Shown piece after piece: positions 59,707 through 61,903 of a stretch of DNA of 61,903 nucleotides. The notes beneath the pieces were generated by a model, which searched no databases, had not been told where the DNA came from, and was given only the letters and a program-made list of their open reading frames with translations. The translations under genes were made by a program, and so were the position numbers. The DNA lies in the sequence record SRR20825006_104. One strand, given 5' to 3'. Position 1 is the first letter of the stretch; the number at the start of each line of letters is the position of its first letter.

Positions 59707-60399
59707 TTGGAAAAATTGGCGGTCATAATTCCGGCTGCCGGCTCGGGAACCCGTTTGGGTTCTCGGCTTCCTAAGCCATTTATAGAAATTGGTGGTAAGT
59801 CAATTCTTGAGCGAACAATTTCACGTTTTCTTAAGATTGACTGCTTACGCCAAGTTATAGTGGCAACTTCTCCTGAGTATGTTCCTGTCCTAGAACAAAT
59901 GTTCTCTTCCTTTTCTAACTCTACAATAGAGTTTACTGTTGTAGAAGGTGGTAGCGAGCGGCAACATTCAATTTTCAACGCTCTCAAAATGGTGCGGCGT
60001 GAAATCGAGTTAGTAGCTGTACATGATGCTGTAAGACCTTTTGTATCTGTTGAAAATATTCTTCAATGTATATCCGTCGCAGAACAAGTGGGTGGTGCCG
60101 TGCTAGGTGTGCCTGCAAAGGACACTATTAAGAAGGTTAATTCAGAGGGCGTTATTGTAGAAACACCAAAACGAGCACAGTTGTGGCAAGCTCAAACTCC
60201 CCAGATTTTTCAAAAAGCTCTACTTGGTAAGGCATACGATATTGCTATTAAAGAAGGGTTTTTTGGAACGGATGATTCTTCTTTAGTAGAGCATATCGGA
60301 GGTAAAGTGAAAATGGTTGAGGGAGATCGCTCAAATTTGAAGATCACGTACCCTATAGATTTAAAAATCGCTGAACTATTAATTCAAGAAGAGCAATGA
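59707..60399 (+). CDS. ispD: 2-C-methyl-D-erythritol 4-phosphate cytidylyltransferase
   Basis: [41 protein letters not shown] start abutting the queA stop. Confidence 0.96.
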   Translation: MEKLAVIIPAAGSGTRLGSRLPKPFIEIGGKSILERTISRFLKIDCLRQVIVATSPEYVPVLEQMFSSFSNSTIEFTVVEGGSERQHSIFNALKMVRREIELVAVHDAVRPFVSVENILQCISVAEQVGGAVLGVPAKDTIKKVNSEGVIVETPKRAQLWQAQTPQIFQKALLGKAYDIAIKEGFFGTDDSSLVEHIGGKVKMVEGDRSNLKITYPIDLKIAELLIQEEQ

Positions 60400-60884
60400 A
60401 AAGTATTCGCATTGGGTATGGTTACGATGTACATAAATTTGAGGAAGGACGAAAGCTTATTCTGGGTGGATTAGAAATTCCACACTCAAGGGGTCTTTTG
60501 GGACATTCAGATGCAGATGTTTTGCTACATGCGATTACTGACGCACTGCTAGGAGCTTTAGCACTAGGTGATATAGGTAAGCATTTTCCAGATACGGACC
60601 CTAAATATAAAGGGGTAGATAGTAGAGTATTATTGAGAGACGCTTACGCCTTATTACTTGAGAAGGGTTACGAGTTAGGTAATTTGGACGCAACAGTAAT
60701 TGCGCAAGAGCCTAAGCTATCTCCTTATATAAATAGTATGAGAGAGATAATAGCTCAAGATCTTAATGTTAGTGTAGAAGATGTCTCTGTAAAAGCAACG
60801 ACTTCTGAGTGGTTAGGTTTTGTTGGAAGGAAAGAAGGTATTGCCGCTTCTGCAACTGTGTTAATAGTTAGAAAAGAAGGCTAA
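60396..60884 (+). CDS. ispF: 2-C-methyl-D-erythritol 2,4-cyclodiphosphate synthase
   Basis: [31 protein letters not shown]. Confidence 0.97.
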   Translation: MKSIRIGYGYDVHKFEEGRKLILGGLEIPHSRGLLGHSDADVLLHAITDALLGALALGDIGKHFPDTDPKYKGVDSRVLLRDAYALLLEKGYELGNLDATVIAQEPKLSPYINSMREIIAQDLNVSVEDVSVKATTSEWLGFVGRKEGIAASATVLIVRKEG

Positions 60885-61525
60885 TGGTCGATCACGTTGT
60901 GCAAAGCATAGTAGATTGGATTTCAGTGGCTCCGATATTAGGTGTTTATCTGATATTTTTTGGCATTGCCTATTTGGAAAACATGCTTCCTCCTGCTCCA
61001 GGAGATGTAATAGTAGCTTTTGGAGGTTATCTCGCCGCTGAAGGAGTAGTGTCTTTACCATTACTTTGGGTGATTACGGTTGCAGCTTCAGTTTTCGGAT
61101 TCATGAACATGTATTGGCTGGGGCGTAAATGGGGCGCATCAATTGAAAGTAACAAGAGTAGTCACTTTGTTTTGAAATTCATCGACTATAAGTATTTCGC
61201 AAAAGGTAAGGTTTGGATGGAGAAGTGGGGACAGTGGATTGTTTTTGGAAATAGATTTTTGGCGGGAACGCGCTCAGTAATCTCTCTCACCGCTGGAATT
61301 AGTAACCTAAATATCGGGCTTACCGCTCTGAATTCTCTTATAAGTTCCATGTTATGGAACGCGTTTTTGCTAGGAATGGGCTGGTATGTGAGAGATAATT
61401 GGAAAATAATTGGAAAATATCTTTCTGGCTATGGCGAATTAGTACTAATTATCCTTATTATTGCCCTCCTTTTGAGGTTTGGGTATAAATTCATGACCTC
61501 TCGAGAAAAAGAATTAAAAAAATGA
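60884..61525 (+). CDS. DedA family membrane protein
   Basis: ENMLPPAPGD, YWLGRKWG, RFLAGTRSVIS..AG. Confidence 0.9.
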   Translation: MVDHVVQSIVDWISVAPILGVYLIFFGIAYLENMLPPAPGDVIVAFGGYLAAEGVVSLPLLWVITVAASVFGFMNMYWLGRKWGASIESNKSSHFVLKFIDYKYFAKGKVWMEKWGQWIVFGNRFLAGTRSVISLTAGISNLNIGLTALNSLISSMLWNAFLLGMGWYVRDNWKIIGKYLSGYGELVLIILIIALLLRFGYKFMTSREKELKK

Positions 61526-61556
61526 GTAAATAATTTAATTTTTACTCTTCTATTTA

Positions 61557-61585
61557 TTGACTATAAAATATACGTTCGCTATTTT
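61557..61585 (+). promoter_or_regulatory. Probable housekeeping promoter of the tRNA operon
   Basis: TTGACT-N17-TATTTT ending 17 bp before tRNA-Thr, AT-rich upstream. Confidence 0.55.
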
Positions 61586-61602
61586 TAAAGTCTTTCGCAA
61601 AA

Positions 61603-61675
61603 GCCAGTGTAGCTCAGTTGGTAGAGCAGCGGTTTTGTAAACCGCCGGTCATCGGTTCGAATCCGGTCACTGGCT
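61603..61675 (+). tRNA. tRNA-Thr(TGT)
   Basis: GCCAGTG/CACTGGC acceptor, GCGGT-TTTGTAA-ACCGC anticodon arm, GGTTCGAATCC. Confidence 0.97.
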
Positions 61676-61689
61676 CATATGTGAAAAAT

Positions 61690-61772
61690 GGGGAGATACC
61701 AAAGCGGCCAACTGGGGCAGACTGTAAATCTGTTGTCGTAAGACTTCGTAGGTTCGAATCCTGCTCTCCCCA
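61690..61772 (+). tRNA. tRNA-Tyr(GTA)
   Basis: GGGGAGA/TCTCCCC acceptor, GCAGA-CTGTAAA-TCTGT, long variable arm. Confidence 0.97.
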
Positions 61773-61778
61773 CATTAA

Positions 61779-61851
61779 GCGAGCGTAACTCAATTGGTAG
61801 AGTGTCAGCCTTCCAAGCTGAATGTTGCCGGTTCGATCCCGGTCGCTCGCT
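61779..61851 (+). tRNA. tRNA-Gly(TCC)
   Basis: GCGAGCG/CGCTCGC acceptor, TCAGC-CTTCCAA-GCTGA. Confidence 0.97.
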
Positions 61852-61857
61852 CAAAAA

Positions 61858-61903
<46 letters not shown>

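Noticed and set aside
3077-61061. Many short antisense or alternate-frame ORFs in the track (e.g. 3882-4214, 11376-11741, 26400-26822, 49695-50090, 59664-59987)
   Set aside because: They lie within well-supported genes, show no motifs and have shadow-ORF composition

Overview
Chromosomal window from an AT-rich FCB-group bacterium. T9SS C-terminal sorting domains, a PorV-family barrel, TAnnTTTG promoter elements and the gene content suggest a Balneolaceae/Rhodothermota-like organism (inference). It runs from the 3' half of tRNA-Val(TAC) to a tRNA Thr-Tyr-Gly-Thr cluster. Housekeeping genes (aminotransferase, coaD, rsmD, mscS, fdxA, folP, cdaA, acnA, rsfS, queA, ispD, ispF) are interleaved with accessory modules. 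No integrase, transposase, CRISPR array or rRNA was found. The best candidate for an undescribed system is a six-gene, SusD-less outer-membrane uptake operon (26359-38003). It encodes a T9SS-type surface protein, a T9SS cargo built from tandem ExeM/YhcR-like OB-fold modules with no nuclease domain, two lipoproteins, a TonB-dependent transporter and its own PorV-family barrel, and is followed by a nucleotide pyrophosphatase/phosphodiesterase gene. This is consistent with extracellular nucleic-acid capture and uptake. Other highlights: a 1560-aa T9SS protein with three mosaic HmuY-like domains next to egtB-egtD, an AT-rich DEDDh-BRCT plus BRCT-like islet at tRNA-Val, a type III PKS-methyltransferase-FAD monooxygenase cluster, and a GAF kinase with a degenerate ATP lid. 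All family assignments are by eye from motifs; no searches were run.
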